From NCBI GenBank assembly GCA_028534125.1, contig CM052816.1, positions 15,316,001-15,380,000 of the forward strand: a stretch of DNA of 64,000 nucleotides, written 5' to 3'. A model generated the notes under the pieces. It had not been told where the DNA came from. It saw only the letters and a list, made by a program, of their open reading frames with translations, and did no database searches. This document shows, one piece after another, positions 27,601 to 42,600 of the stretch. This DNA comes from Lama glama. Taxonomy: Eukaryota. Within the stretch, counting starts at the first letter, position 1; every line of letters begins with the position of its first letter. A program made the translations under genes and the position numbers.

Positions 27601-30600
27601 AGTGTTAATATAGTAAGGGAAAAAATTATTTGAACGTCTTGTTTGCAATACTAATTATTCATGTACATGAACCAAGCCAGAAAGGCAGTAAGTGAATTTG
27701 AAAATAGCTGTCATTTTTATCTTTCAAGATGTCCTAACATATTGTCATATTAAATTTTAAATAAAGTTTAAAAAGCACTAGATGCACAAGTTTTCCTGAT
27801 TTTTTTTTTAAATGGAGGGACTGGGATTGAACCCAGGACATCGTGCATGCTAACTAAGCATGTGCTCTGCCTCTGACCTATACCCACCCACCCTCTGATG
27901 TACAAGTTTTTAAGCTAATGTAATGATTCCCAAAGACATGTAGGATATTAAGTCAGTTTTTTTTTTGAGGCGGGGGAGGATTAGGTTTTTATTTGTTTAT
28001 TTATTTTTTACTGGAGGTACTGGGTATTGAACCCAGGACCTCATGCATCCTATGCATGTACTCTACCACTGAGCTGTACCCTTCCTCCTCCCACCCCAAA
28101 GACGTGGGATATAAACCTATGGCTTAAAATTTTATTTGGTAACAATAGAAGGTAAAAATCTAAGTACAATTTTTACTGCAGAATGACTAACAAAATCAGT
28201 GAATCTCAAACTTTAATGTGCACACCAATCACCCATGTTTCTTGTTAAAATGTAGATTCTGATTCAGTAGATCCAAGGTGGGTTCTGAAATTCTACATTT
28301 CTAGTAAGTTCTCAAGTGATGCTGATGCTGTTAGTCCATGGACCATATCTGAGTAGGAAGGACCTAGATTATTGCATAGTAACCCATTTCATTTATTATT
28401 ACTCAAGTGGTCAGTTTATAGTTTACTATTACAACCTTTAGAACAAGAAGCAACTTTCTTAGAAATAAAAACCAGGCATTGAACTGAATACCCAGCAAAA
28501 GTCATTAAACACATACGTGTCCACTTGTCCTGCATTGTGGCTGTTTTCCGCCCTCATCCGTGTCAGTGCAGCAGCAGCTTCATCCAGTGCACAACTTACT
28601 GAGGATGTCAGTCTTCGGAGTACTTCAGGATCTGCAAAGGCTTTACCATCAGCAGTTGACAATTTGCCAATTCCTTCAGTGTGCATCAGACAGTGCAGGG
28701 GGAAAAAAAGCATAAAAGTGTAAACTGTAATTACATTTCAGTATTATCTAGGACAAAAATGGCATAGTCTTCACATACAAAGCTGATTATTTCAATTTTG
28801 CCACTAATGTCAAAAGGCCATTGCATAACTACCTATATTTTAGTCTTTCCACCTTATACATAATATTAATTTGTCCTGTACCTAACTCCAAATATAACTT
28901 AATATAATATTTACTGTAGCAAATGAATAAGATTTCTATTAAAGTATATAAATAGTCATAGCATAAGATCTCTAGTACAGGATCATATTTGTCTATCCTA
29001 TGAATTGCAACAAACAATCCAACAGTTTCTTCCTTTGGCTAAACAGCCACCTAGAACCATTTTCTGGGGCATAATTGTAAATTAAAATAAATTAAATCTC
29101 GTATTTAATATTTATTATGTGCTTATGTTACACTAGACACTAGGGAAACAAAAAGGAGTAAGACATAATTCCTGTCCTTACAGAGCTCACAATCTGGTAG
29201 GTCTAAGTTGCCAAAAAGTCTTTTCCTCTAGATTCAGTGAGGAATCCTTGACTACTGTAACAGAAAATCTCAACAACATCACCACCTGTTACTGCTGAAA
29301 ATGAGAGAATAGTCAATAACATTTTGTAGAACAACAACAAAAAGAAGGAAGTAAAACTTGCCCAACAAGATGTAAAATATATTGCAATGCTATTCATATG
29401 ATAGTATGATACTTGCACAGAAAAGGGATAATTATATCAAGAATGTATAATAGAGGCCAAAAATTAAAAAAAAGAAGAAGAAGACCTTAGATCATTCATT
29501 TGTGAATTCAGTATATGTTAAAGGTAACATTTCAAATCAGTGAGGAGGGCTTATTTATTTCCTAAACACTGTTCAGAAATTGGCTACCATTTGAAAATTA
29601 AGTAAGATCCCTAATTCATACCATTTACAAAAATAGATACCAGACAGGTTTAAATAAAACCTGAAAAGTACCATTATACTATGTAGTATTTTTCTATTGC
29701 TGATGTAGGGGAGGCTTTTCTAAGCATGAGACCAAATCTCAAAAGCTATACTTTAATAAAAAGTTAGTAAATAATACTAAACATTTTTAATTTCAATAAA
29801 AATTTCTATATAATTAAAGATACTATAAATAAAGTTAAAGCAAAATAAAAACTGGAAAAATCAATATCCAATGAATTTTTATCATCACTTATAAAGAGCT
29901 ACCATACAACTTAATGGTCATACTAAATGAACACAAATTATGAAACTGACCCCCCCTCCCCCAAAAAAGACTGAGATGTGAGGCCCTTTCAAAACTGCTG
30001 ATAGAAATGTTTGCTGGCACAATCTTGGGGGGCCAATTTGACAACAGTTATCAAAATTTTAAGGGGGGAGGGTATAGCTCAGTGGTAGAGTGCATACTTA
30101 GCATGCACAGGGTCCTGGGTTCAATTCTCAATACCCCTGTTTAAAAAATAAACAATAAAGAAACCTAAAATATTACGTCTCCCTATTAAAAAAAATTTTT
30201 TTAAGTGCAAATATCCTGACTCAGTGATACCACTGTCTAGGAACCTGTCCTATGAAGATAGATGTACAAGTAAGAAAAGTGATAGATAGATATATATGGA
30301 TATAAACTACAGTATTATTTATGATATCAAAAAAATTTAGAAAGAACCTAAATACCCTTCAGTGAGGATTTGGTAAAATAAACTGGTACATCCAAGAGAC
30401 AGAATATTATCTTACCCTTCAAAGAAGGAGAAAGATCAACAAATCATTTCACAATTAAGTGGAAAAAAAAAAAGAAAGTTATAATTTGTAGAATATGATC
30501 CTGTTGCACTTTTTAAAAAATCATGTATATTCAAACATACACATGTGTTTATATAACTTCAAGGGAAAGTCAGGAAGTATATGTAAACCTTGACAAGTAT

Positions 30601-33600
30601 ATGTAAACCTTGACAATGAGCAGACCTTATAATCTATTTAATACTTTTCATATTGTCTTAGCTATTTTATATTATGCATTACATTTATAATTTAGAAAAT
30701 AATTTTTTAAAATTCTTCTTGAAATGGCCTTAATTCCTAATTTTCTTTAAGGATCTTAAGAAAGAATCTTTAAAAAAATTTCAATTTTATCTTTTCAGTT
30801 AAAATAATGTCAAGAATTCTATCTTCCTTAAGAAGCCTAGTAATATTTAACACATTCTAAACATAAGTAAGTTTCTTCTGTATAACACAGGGAACTATAT
30901 TCAATATCTTTTAGTAACCTATAATGAAAAATATGAAAATGAATTTATATATGTATATGTATCACTGAAATATTATGCTGTACACCAGAAATTGACACAA
31001 CATTGTAAACTGACTATACTTAAATATAAATAAATAAATAAACCCACAAACCTAAGTCTAAAAATTCCTCTTAAATGTTATAGGCTCAACACAATGTCCA
31101 AAAAGCAAATAAAAATACTAAAGCACAAAACAAAAGTATTCATTAAACATCTGACTTGCTTAAAGCTTAGAATATTTAAAAATACATCTGAAAATTTGTT
31201 TGGATACAATATCATATCCAACACTGTCTGGAGTTTAAATTGTCAAAATATACAAAATTTCAAAATTCAATAATTTCCAACACCTCCCAGAAGACCAAGT
31301 CATGATTTTCAAGGTTTATTTTCTAACAATATAGGTATGAAAAGCAAGCAATTCTATGGTATCTTGCTGCTTATATTAGATATGCCATGAACCTAAAGAG
31401 AAAAGGACAAAAGAAAAATGCTCAACGTACCAGAAAAGAGTCAGCCCTGAGTGAGAATCAGGAAGTGGCAGGGAAAAAGGGAAATGAGTTTAAAATCCTT
31501 AGTTAGGGGTCATGGAGTAGTGCTCACAACATGAATGAAGTGTCCGCCTAAACCAGAGAGCAGATGTACTATCATTTACTAAAAAAGCTTGGTCTGGGAA
31601 ACAAAGTTAAATTAGTTCAGAGAAAGAGAAGTAAAATGCCTTTCTTCCACATTTCTCTGCTCTTACTCTAAGCAAAACAAATGTAAGGTTCCAAAGAACA
31701 GGGAAAAAAAAAAAAAAGAAAGTGGCCATGGCACTCCCATTTCAGGAATCTCATGACTACCCCTAAATCACAACTAAGAGACTCAAGAAATCCAAAGGGA
31801 GGGACAGCAATGCAATTACTAATGTGATCTTTAAACCTTTTTAAAAAATTACTAGTCTTACTCTAACTTAAACAATCTTCTGCTAGATACTTAAATATTT
31901 TGTTCAACCTAATTTTAAGTTTTTATCAGTTCCAGAAAGACACATCAGATAGACTAAAAGTCAATCAGCTACAAACTGTACCTGTGCTTTTCCGTAAGAG
32001 GACAAAGTTAAAGGAATAACAATATCAAGTAAACACATTCCTAGCATACTATCTATCTATGTCTTTCCAAGAATAATATAAAAATACTCAATTTCCTTTA
32101 GTGCCTACTTTTCCTCTATTCATTATTTGGTCAAATGCAACATTTTTTTTCTTCCTTCAATATGAAATGTGCTAAAAGGCTGCTGTGATTTTTATGAATA
32201 CCTATCTTTAATATTATGCTTATTAAAGTAGTCAGAAACTAAACAAAATTTTCTATGCTTTTAAAAACTTTATTTTGAACGTTCTGCATTTTAATAACTT
32301 TAACATGGGATAACATGGCACTCTAACAAGTTTCTAGGCAGTATTTTAAAAAATAACCTGTAAATTCATCTAGATTAAATTCTTATATATGTGTAATGTG
32401 CACATATATTCATATTAAAATAGTAAATATAGGGAGTATTATACCAAGTGAACATATCTTGAAATCAATATACAAAGGCTAGAAAAGTTAATTTCCTTCT
32501 TAAAACAATTTTAGGAGATAAAAGGCTTTCATTACAGTGTAATGAAAATTTTGTACAAAAAATTATGAACAGGTTCTACAATTTAAAATAATTATAAGTA
32601 TACATTATTTGAAGAAAGCATACTTATCATAGGTTTTTCTTTTCTGCTGCTTCACAACAAAAAAACTGACATAGCTTGGTATATTTTGGTCCAATTTTGT
32701 GTTCAATTTTTATTTAAGTGTCTTTTAGGTAAAAAACAGCAATCTATAATTTACATATAGACTAAAGTCAGTAAGAAACTAACCACACACAGAGTTAACT
32801 AAATAAGTTAAAAGACTCATAATTTGATAGATTAAATTTATCTCCTACATTTTAATTTTATAATATAATTGGTAATAAGTTTTCCTTGATAACTAGCTGA
32901 TTATCTAAAGCCTTAAAAATGTCACTGTTATGCCCAGAAATCACTCAGAGAACTTTTATCCAAGAATTTTTAAACATAAAACATGAATGTTTTCTTTAGG
33001 AAATTTAAAAAAAAATTTACAGAGATTTCAGACTTCATATACAGAATTTGGGGATACTCTTGTATAACTTTGTACAGAGATCTAAATTTTTAAAGAGATA
33101 AAAAAAGAGAAAACAAAAAATAAAGTACCTGCTGCTTCTAGCAATGCTTCTAGTCGTGCCTGTGTCTCTGGATCCACAGTGCGTAAGTCTGCTCCTTCTG
33201 CAGTACTTGATAAGAATATCTCTGAGGTTGTTTTAAGCACTGGGTTATCCAGATCTTCTTGGTCCAAAATAAATGATTCAACCTGTTTATAAATTAAAGA
33301 TGCAATATCCATGAAACTGATCTTAATATCATTAGAATAACTGTAATTTAAGGTAACATGACTTCTAAATTGGAATTTCAATATAACGAAATAAATTACT
33401 GTAGAAACATGGGGGCTATGGGAAGGGACTTTGAGGAAGACTCCTGACTATCTGCTTGTCTTCAGACATAACTAGATATAACCCAGATACACCAGATTTA
33501 AGTTTCCTGGAGAGCAGTGAATCTTTTGTGCCTACCACAAACCTTGAAAAACAGCATTAAAAAAAAAAAATCAAACAAGTACATCAACATAGCCCCTATG

Positions 33601-36600
33601 AAGATGTATACAGTAATAGATAGCAAAAAGACTAGATAGATAGCATAGATAGGTTATTAAGGTATAGTTTTTCCTCTCTTTTAATCAAGTTAATCAATTT
33701 TGACTCAAACTAAAGAAAATAAGATTTAACTCACTGCCAAATATCTTAACTGCTCTAGACAGGAAAACTCTGTAAGGTTAGGAATAATACCCATTTGTTC
33801 ACTGTGCTATCCTCTGGGCCTAAGAATACCTCATAATAGTAGTTATGCAATACATATTTGTTGAAATGAATGAGCAAAATCAACTTATGAACATAAACAT
33901 GCAATCTCTAATTTCAAATCAAGTTAATTCTAAATGATTTTTCTTAGCAAATGAAATATGCACAACTTTTATGGGAAGCAATCTGGAAATGTGTATCAAA
34001 ATGCTTTAAAAAGTGCCTGCCCCTTGATGTAGTAATTCCATTAAAAAAACTATCATTAAAAAATTATTTGAATGCCAGACAAAATGTTCAAGGATGTTCA
34101 TTACAGCATTAATTAAAATTCCAAAAATGAAGGGGAAAAAACTACAATAGGGAATTTGGTAAGTACATTTTGTATATTCACAGGATGGACTACTAACGAA
34201 GTCATTAAAAACACTGCTTTTGAAGCATATTTAATACATTGCATGAGAAAACATAAAATTAAGTGAAAACCATAAGATTCAAAACAGTATGACCTATATT
34301 TTTCTAAAAGTACATATGTACATATATGTAAACATGAAGAGGAACATATAAGTACTCTTATATACAATTATGAGTATCTATTTATATGCCTACGTATGAC
34401 TATGATATGTAAATATGCTTAACCAGGGAGGTTATCTAACTACATTATTTAGAATATTTGGCTAGTTGGTCACCAATTTTCACAATGGACACCAAATAAA
34501 GATATCCTAGTAAAGATAGTAAAGTTACAATGATGGAGATGTCTTATTATCTAGTATGTACTACAATTTTACAAAATAATCCTTTAACTTCAGATCCAAT
34601 AACACTGAGCCATGTACTATGTTGCAATACAGCTTCTTTAATATGTAATTACAGACAAAGATGCCATTCTAGAACTATACCAATAGATAAATGTAGACTA
34701 CCAGTTTTCAAATGATTTGAAAGGAAATTGCTTGTATAATAAAGAGCTTGTTGCAAGCTCAAGAAATTATTAGGTGTTTGCAGATACACACACCTGCCAG
34801 TTGTGAGGACAGATAAAACCACCATTCCAAATTCTGGAATTTATTCAAAATGATATTTAGATGTTATGCCTATCTTATAAAAAGTAGTGGTCTGATGCAA
34901 CATTACACATATTATAGAGACAAATACAGATTGTATCATGTAACATCTAAAAAATCCAAGTTAAGGATTTCCAATTCTCTCCCATACATTCTCCAGTATT
35001 TAACGAAGTCTTGTTTTCTACAAAGTACCATTAGAGTACAAAAATGTGGTAGAAGAAATATCAAAGACACCAACAACTATCACAAAAGGCCTCCAAGAGA
35101 AATAAACGGTACAACAACAATATGCATTAAGAGACAGAAATCATTTCCAGCCCCAGTAACTTAAGAAGACTTTGCACAGAGAATATAAGCTAGCCTTTGA
35201 AGGATGCATGGAATTTCAGTAAGTGGTCACACATCAGGGTGGAGATGTAAGGGAATGGGAAAAAAAAAAGGGCTTGAAGATGCATTTAGAAAGTGATGAA
35301 TGATTTGCTCTCAAACAATAAAAAATCATTCGTACACTACCAGTAGAAGTATAAATGATGAAGCCACTATAGGAAACTGGCAGTTCTTCAAAAACTAAAC
35401 ACAGAATTACCATACAACCCAGCAATTCCATTTCTATGTACCCATGTACGAAGATTGAAAAGATACATATTCATCACAAAAACTTGCATACAGAAGTTCA
35501 CTGCTGTATTATGCATAAAAGACAGAAAGTGGAAACAACCTAAATGTCCGTTAATTAGTAAGTGGATAAATAAAATGTGGTATATCTATACAATGGAATA
35601 TTATTCAGCCATAAAATGGAGTAAGTACTGACATAGATAAACCTTGAAAACATCATGCTTAGTGAAAGAAGCCAGACATAAGTCACATATTGTATGATTT
35701 CACTTATATGAAATATCCAGCACAGGCAAATCCACAAAGATTAGTGGTTTCCTGAAGAGTCAGGGAAGGAGGAATGGAAGTGACTAGTAATGGGTCTGAA
35801 GTTTCTTTTTGGAATAATGAAAATGCCTGAAACTAGACAGTGGTAAATACTGCCCAATCTTGTGAATATACTAAAAATCACTTGAATCATACACTTTAAA
35901 ATGCTGAATTCCATGGTATGTAAATTAAATCTCAAATTAAAAAACAAAAAACCATAGGTATCTAGAGTACAACTATGGCTTTAGGCTAGAAAGAACAACT
36001 GGAGATAGATTTGAGTAAGACTATGTGCAAGGTGGCAGATTGCTCATTGCTTACCTGGTCACCATCACTAGGAAGAGAGAGAATCAGTAGCAATGTCATC
36101 CTGGGTGTCAGTAATTACTAGTATCACATGCACAAACAGCATATTCCTAAGTGCTTGGGAAGAATCAAGTTCAGAAGAAACACACAAAATAGAGATGTGC
36201 CCCTTGCCTTCAGAGGACTTGTATTTTCACCTTAAAAATTAAAATTCATGCAGGGAGGGTATAGCTCAGTGGTAGAGTGCATGCTTAGCATCCTTGAGGT
36301 CCTCAGTTCAATCCACAGTACCTCCATTAAAATAAATAAACCTAATTACCTCCCTCTCCTCCCAAAATAAATAAGTAAAATATTTTTTAAAAATTACAAT
36401 TCATAAGACAATTTACTGAGTTTAATTCTCCTACATCTTAAGAGAGCACATAAATTCAAGTTTCAGACAACAATGCATAAAGGAAAGAATATTGCACTAG
36501 AAATTAGGAGAATTAGATTCAAGTCTCAGTTATATCAGGTATTGTGCGTGACTTCAGACATATCACTCAACCTTTCCGACATTCAATTTCTTCCTCAGTA

Positions 36601-39600
36601 AACAAAGACAATACTTGTCCTGCCTACCTTACAGTGTTACTGAAATCATGAGATAAGGTAAAAAGCATTCTGAAAATAAAACACTGTATAAATGTAACTT
36701 TTAGAAAATAATTACATGTAATTACAACTCTTCTGTCCTGTCCCTCACCAGTGTCTTATTTTCTATGCCTTTTCAAACTGGAAGAATGATACTCACTGAT
36801 AATCCAGCATGGTACACTTTGATCAGTGTTTACCTGAATTTTTCTTTACATTTTATTAGTATTTTCCACCTTGTAATGAGTTATAATTGACATATAATGT
36901 TGTATAAGTTTTACTTGTAGGACATAATGATTTTGTATATGTACATATTGGGAAATGAATACCACAATAAGTTAACATCTATCATCTCACAGTTATAATT
37001 TTTTTTCCTTGTAAGGATCACCTGAATTTTCAAGTGTAGTTTTAGGCATTTTTTTTAAGTTCTGACCCACAAGATCAAATTTTAAACATCCGTAACATTT
37101 GTGGGAAAAATCTTAAATTCTCAGAATGAGTTATAGTTATACATAACCATACACATAAATGACTTGAATACATTTGTATCAAATAGATGTGCCAAAAAGC
37201 ACTCAATTCTAATACTTCCTTTGTCCTACTCTAACATTTTAAAAGCCTGTGTCAATGTGAAATTAATAAAAGGACAAAATATCCAGTTATGCCTATTACT
37301 TTGGGAATATTTGAGGAATTGATTTAGGCAATTCATAAATATACTACCTGATAAACCTGCTGAAACACATACTGTTGCAACTCAGATTGTGACAGCATTA
37401 CCTCAGCCAGTCAAGATGGAAACCATTTATAGCTACATGGAAATATTAAATAAGACCAATACCATACATTTAATATAAAAGGCTGTTATGTAACACCAAA
37501 TAAATGTCTCTATAATAGACAAGTCCAAAATAATGGTATATTTAATGAAATTGTCCTCATCATGCAAATGAATATACATACAAGCCTCACAGTTTCTTAC
37601 ATAACAGCTAAAGGAACACAGAAATTTCTTTACTGCCAAGCAGTAGTTACATAGCTCATCTCTATCCAGCAGCTACTTTCAGGAGCAAACATAAAATATC
37701 CACCTATAGTGCTACTGTTTTTGCCAATGGCAAAAAAAGTTTACTTCAAGTCCTAAACATGGCAGATTTTTCCCCCTCCTTCTAATTAGGTACAAAAATA
37801 AAAGGTGGACAAAAAAGGATGAGAGGAAATCTGGCCCACAAAAAACTACCTGCTTTTCCCTCATAAGTTATCTCTTCTAAAATGCTAAAGGCAAACTCTT
37901 GATGTCTTCCTCCTCAAAAGTCCTTTTCCTCTCTCCTTTCTTTAAAAAAAATAAGTGTGGTTTTTAGCTTCAAGTAGAATTTTAACAAAGGTGGGAGGGA
38001 GGAAAAGGGAAACAAGCATTTTGTCCATTTTTTATCCTATTTGACATTTCAAAAACGAACCACTGGATGGCAATAGTTACTAGGGAGAATAACCATAGAC
38101 TCAGTTATTACCACCTTAAAAAAACTCAGTTTGTCACCCTGGCCAAGATCTAGTTAGAAAAATGATCTATTAACCTAGCTATGATTTGGCCAAAACTTGC
38201 TTCCACCAAAAAAAAATTCCTACCAAGTGTAAGTAAGTAGTGCTATAATTAACACTGTCAATAATATTAATATGTTTCAAGTTTTATAACAGCAAAATAA
38301 TAAAATCTCATCTACACAGTTGTGAATGACCAATTATTACCTTTTCTAAGGCTGTATTTCTGGAAATAGTAATTGCTAGTTAACAAAGAAATGTTAGTAA
38401 AAAACATTCTATCACAAAAATGTACATTATATAAATAAACAAACAAACAACATATACATTATATATTTTTGTTTATATATTCTCTACTTGTGTGGTATAC
38501 CATGCAATGGGCAAAGAACATCATCAAATGCTCAAATATAAGTCAAAAATACATTGTTTTACACAGAATGCCAGACAAATTATAAAATTTTTAACACATT
38601 TAATGAATTTGTTTTTTGAGTTAGGGACTGATAAATTAGTGGTCACAAATTTTGTTCCTCGCAACCCTTAATCACTCCCATGAATTCCAACTGGAACTAT
38701 GAGAAAGTTGAAGGGAGTGCTAAACTTTATTTTTTACTACCTCTCCTCATAAACCTTCAAAAATAAAGCTTCCTTAAGATATTCAGAGTTGGTAAATAAA
38801 AATGAGAAGCTAATAAAACATTCAAACATCTAAAATACATATTTTTTAAAATGTGCTTGCTATTTCTCTTTTCTCCTTAGTTTATATTTGAATGTCTTAC
38901 CTTTCCCCACTAAAAATAAGCCCTCTACTCTAAGTCAGACTCAGCACTCACACCGATTTTGGAATGCAGGTAGCTTACCATTGATGTCTACTTGGAGCAG
39001 CAAAAAGGATGGGTTAGCATTCCAAGAGATAATTACTGAAGGACACAGCAATTCCTTTTTGCAAAAAACGCAGCACCCCAAAGTTTCAACAGTCACATCC
39101 ACAACAAATGTGCTCCAAGATCCACTCAGAGTAATATGATTGCAATGCAAGATCAAATAATGATAAATTTAGGAATCAGTTTTGCTAATACTGTAAGGCC
39201 CAATATAATCAGCAACATCTGGAAATACTGGAATGAAAAGGCTATATTCCTTATCATAAAAACTTTTCAAGGTTCTTTGCTTCCAAGGAAAACTGTCTTC
39301 CCAAATTCAGACCTACAATCTTCTTCTCAAAAATCACAAATTGTATCTTGGGATTTCTGAAGCTAATTACCTTCAAATGCCAAAAGAGAGAACCATCAGG
39401 CTTTTCCTAATTCTTAGTTAGAGCTGGAGAAAATTAACTCCACTTTGGCCAACTACAAACATTTCATTTCTAAACTATAGTTTCAATACAGAATCTGTTG
39501 GTTTGTTTTTTTTTAATTTTCTAAACCTGGGAAAAAGTCATCTTTAAAAAAAAAAGTTACCTTTAAGTGCTTTTTAAAAAAATAGTAGGCTACCATTACT

Positions 39601-42600
39601 AAAATCCCTCATATGTATCAGCATTTTCCATATATTATTCAATTCAATCATCTTAACTACTCGATGAAGTAGATTAACATTTTCATTTTAAGTAAACGAA
39701 ACTCAGAAACGTGACATACCCAAGNNNNNNNNNNNNNNNNNNNNNNNNNNNNNNNNNNNNNNNNNNNNNNNNNNNNNNNNNNNNNNNNNNNNNNNNNNNN
39801 NNNNNNNNNNNNNNNNNNNNNNNNCTACCATAATAAATGGGTTAGAAAGAAGTCCTGGCTTCTGCTCATTACCCTAAGTAAAAAATAAGCATCAAACACT
39901 CCAAAGAAGTACTTGATTTTAATAAGTTAAACAGAGCTTCAAACACCCATAAACTTCCAATTCATACCAATAATGGGAGGAGAGCATAATGACTAAGATC
40001 AAGGACACTTAGAACACCAGTCCACTGCTCACAGAGAGATCTCAGCTAACTTGTTTTACCGCTCTTAGCCTCATTTTCTTCAGCTATAAAATAAGGGTAA
40101 TAGCAGTAACTATATCACAGGGTTACTGATGATTAAGCAAGACACTATCTAAAATTGAACAATAGTACTTAACACATGGTAATCACTCAAAATAATATGA
40201 ATCCATTATACTTATCTTAGGCTAACAAGTAACCTGAGCATATTAAAACACCACACGTACATTCAACATACACTGACTTACTGAATCAAACATTTAATAA
40301 GCACCTACTATGTGCCAGACATTCTACTATATACTGGGAACACAAAAATAAATAAGATGTAATTCCTGCTCACTAAGATACAATCAAATAAATGTGATAA
40401 AATACTACAGATGTCTTTTAACAGAGTTATATACAGACAACATGGGAACACAGAGGAAGAAATGATCAATTCCATTTGGGTGGTAATGAAGGAAGTCAGA
40501 TAGAGGTGATGACTCTGGGACAAGAAGGTATACAACAGGATAGAGAAGAGGACCATTAGTGACAGCTGCAGTATAACAGTAGAGTTACAAGCATGGGTTT
40601 TACATTCCAAGATATCTAGATTCAAATACTGTCTCTATCATTACTAGATGTATGACTTTGTGCATGTTATATAATATCTCTAAGCTTCAGTTTCCTTATC
40701 TATAAATTGGGAATAATATCACTTTCTTCATATGGTAGTTGTAAACTTTATTTGAGACTATATGGGTAACCATTTGGTCCAGTGGACAATAAATACTCAG
40801 CATATAGTAGCTATCATCATGATTCTAGAAGCCAAAGCAGTGGGATAAAATTACTTGGGAGGTATAATAGCTTGATATGGTCAAAGAACTATAGCAATTT
40901 TGTATGTCCGGAATATAAAAACCAAATAAAGTAGGATATAGCAAGGATAGAAATAGACAGAAGCCAAATCCTAAATAACCTTGTATGTCATACCAAGGAG
41001 TCTAGTTTACCCTTTTATGGGATGGGAAAGGGTTTTTTGCCAAAAGAGTAACATGATTGAACTGACATTAGAGAATTTAATGTGATAGCAGGGTAGAAGA
41101 AGAATCAGAGGTATAATCTTAGAAGTAGATGGAGCCACAGATTACTACAGTAAGTTCAGGTGAAATATGATGATTTGATTTAAGGCAAAAGTAGCGGGGA
41201 TACAAAGTGACAAATAAACAAGATGTGAAGAAAGAACCTACCAAAGGAGAAAAGGGATCCCTCCTACACTGTTGGTGGGAAGGTGAACTGGTGCAGCCAC
41301 TACAGAATACAGTATGGAGATTCCTTAAAAATCTAAAAATAGAGTTACCAGCCATTCCATTCCTGGGCATATATCCAGAAAAGACAAAAATTCTAATCTG
41401 AAATATGAAAACAAATATATGTATGTATATACAAGACTGGGACATTGTGCTGTACACCAGAAATCAATACAATATAATTGACTGTACTTGAGTTTAAAAA
41501 AATTCTAATCTGAAAAAATACATGAACTCCAATGTTCACAGAAGCACTATTTATAATAGCTAAGACATGGAAGCAACCTAAGTGTCCATCAACAGATGAA
41601 TGGATAAGGAAGATGTGGCACATATATACAATGGAATATTACTCAGCCATAAAACAGGATAAAATATCATCATTTGCAGCAACATGGATGGGCCCAGAGA
41701 TTATCATAGTGAAATAAGACAGAGAAAGACAAATATTATATATCACTTATATATGGAATCTAAAAATTAATACAAATAAACTTATTTACAAAACAAAAAC
41801 AAACTCACAGACACAGAAACAAACTTATGGATACCAAAGGGGAAGAGGAGTAGGGATAAATTAGAAGTATGGGATTAAGAGATGCACACCACATATAAGA
41901 TAAACAACAAGGATTTACTGTGTTGCACAGGGAAGTATATTCAATACTTTGTAATAACCCATAATAGAAAAGAATCTGAAAAAATACTTACTATGTATGT
42001 GTGTTTGTGTGTATGTATATAACCAAATCACTTTGCTGTACACCTAAAACAAACACAATATGCTAAATCAATTATACTTCAATTAATAAAAAAAAAGGAA
42101 ACTACAGGACTTAGTGCCTGCCTAGATGTATGTGGTGAGAAGAAACAACAGATGCAAGCTCTGAGGTTTCTGACTACACTGACTAGTTTTAGGGCAATAA
42201 AATTTACAAATGGGGGTGGGAGAGGAGAGGGATGGAGAGGGAAGTGAGTTCAGTTTTAGAATTCTGAACCTAAGACGTTTATGGCACATACATACAGTAG
42301 GCAGTTGGAAGGGCTCTTAGCAGACTGCTAAAAAGTAGTGAGTGAGAGAGGGAAGCCACATGGATATCTAAGAGAAGAATGCTCCTAAGAGAGTGAACTA
42401 CAAATGCCAACGGCTATGGAGCAGGACATGCTTGGAGAATTTATAGAGAATAATGAAGCAGTTGCAGTTTTGCTTAAATGTTTATGCTGATGAACTTTGA
42501 ATCTTTTCGTTTTAAATCACCACCCCTCTAAACCTGCCACTTAAAGCCCAAACTCCTGAAGTAAGACATCCAAACATCAATCTTTATAGTGATTGTCCAA

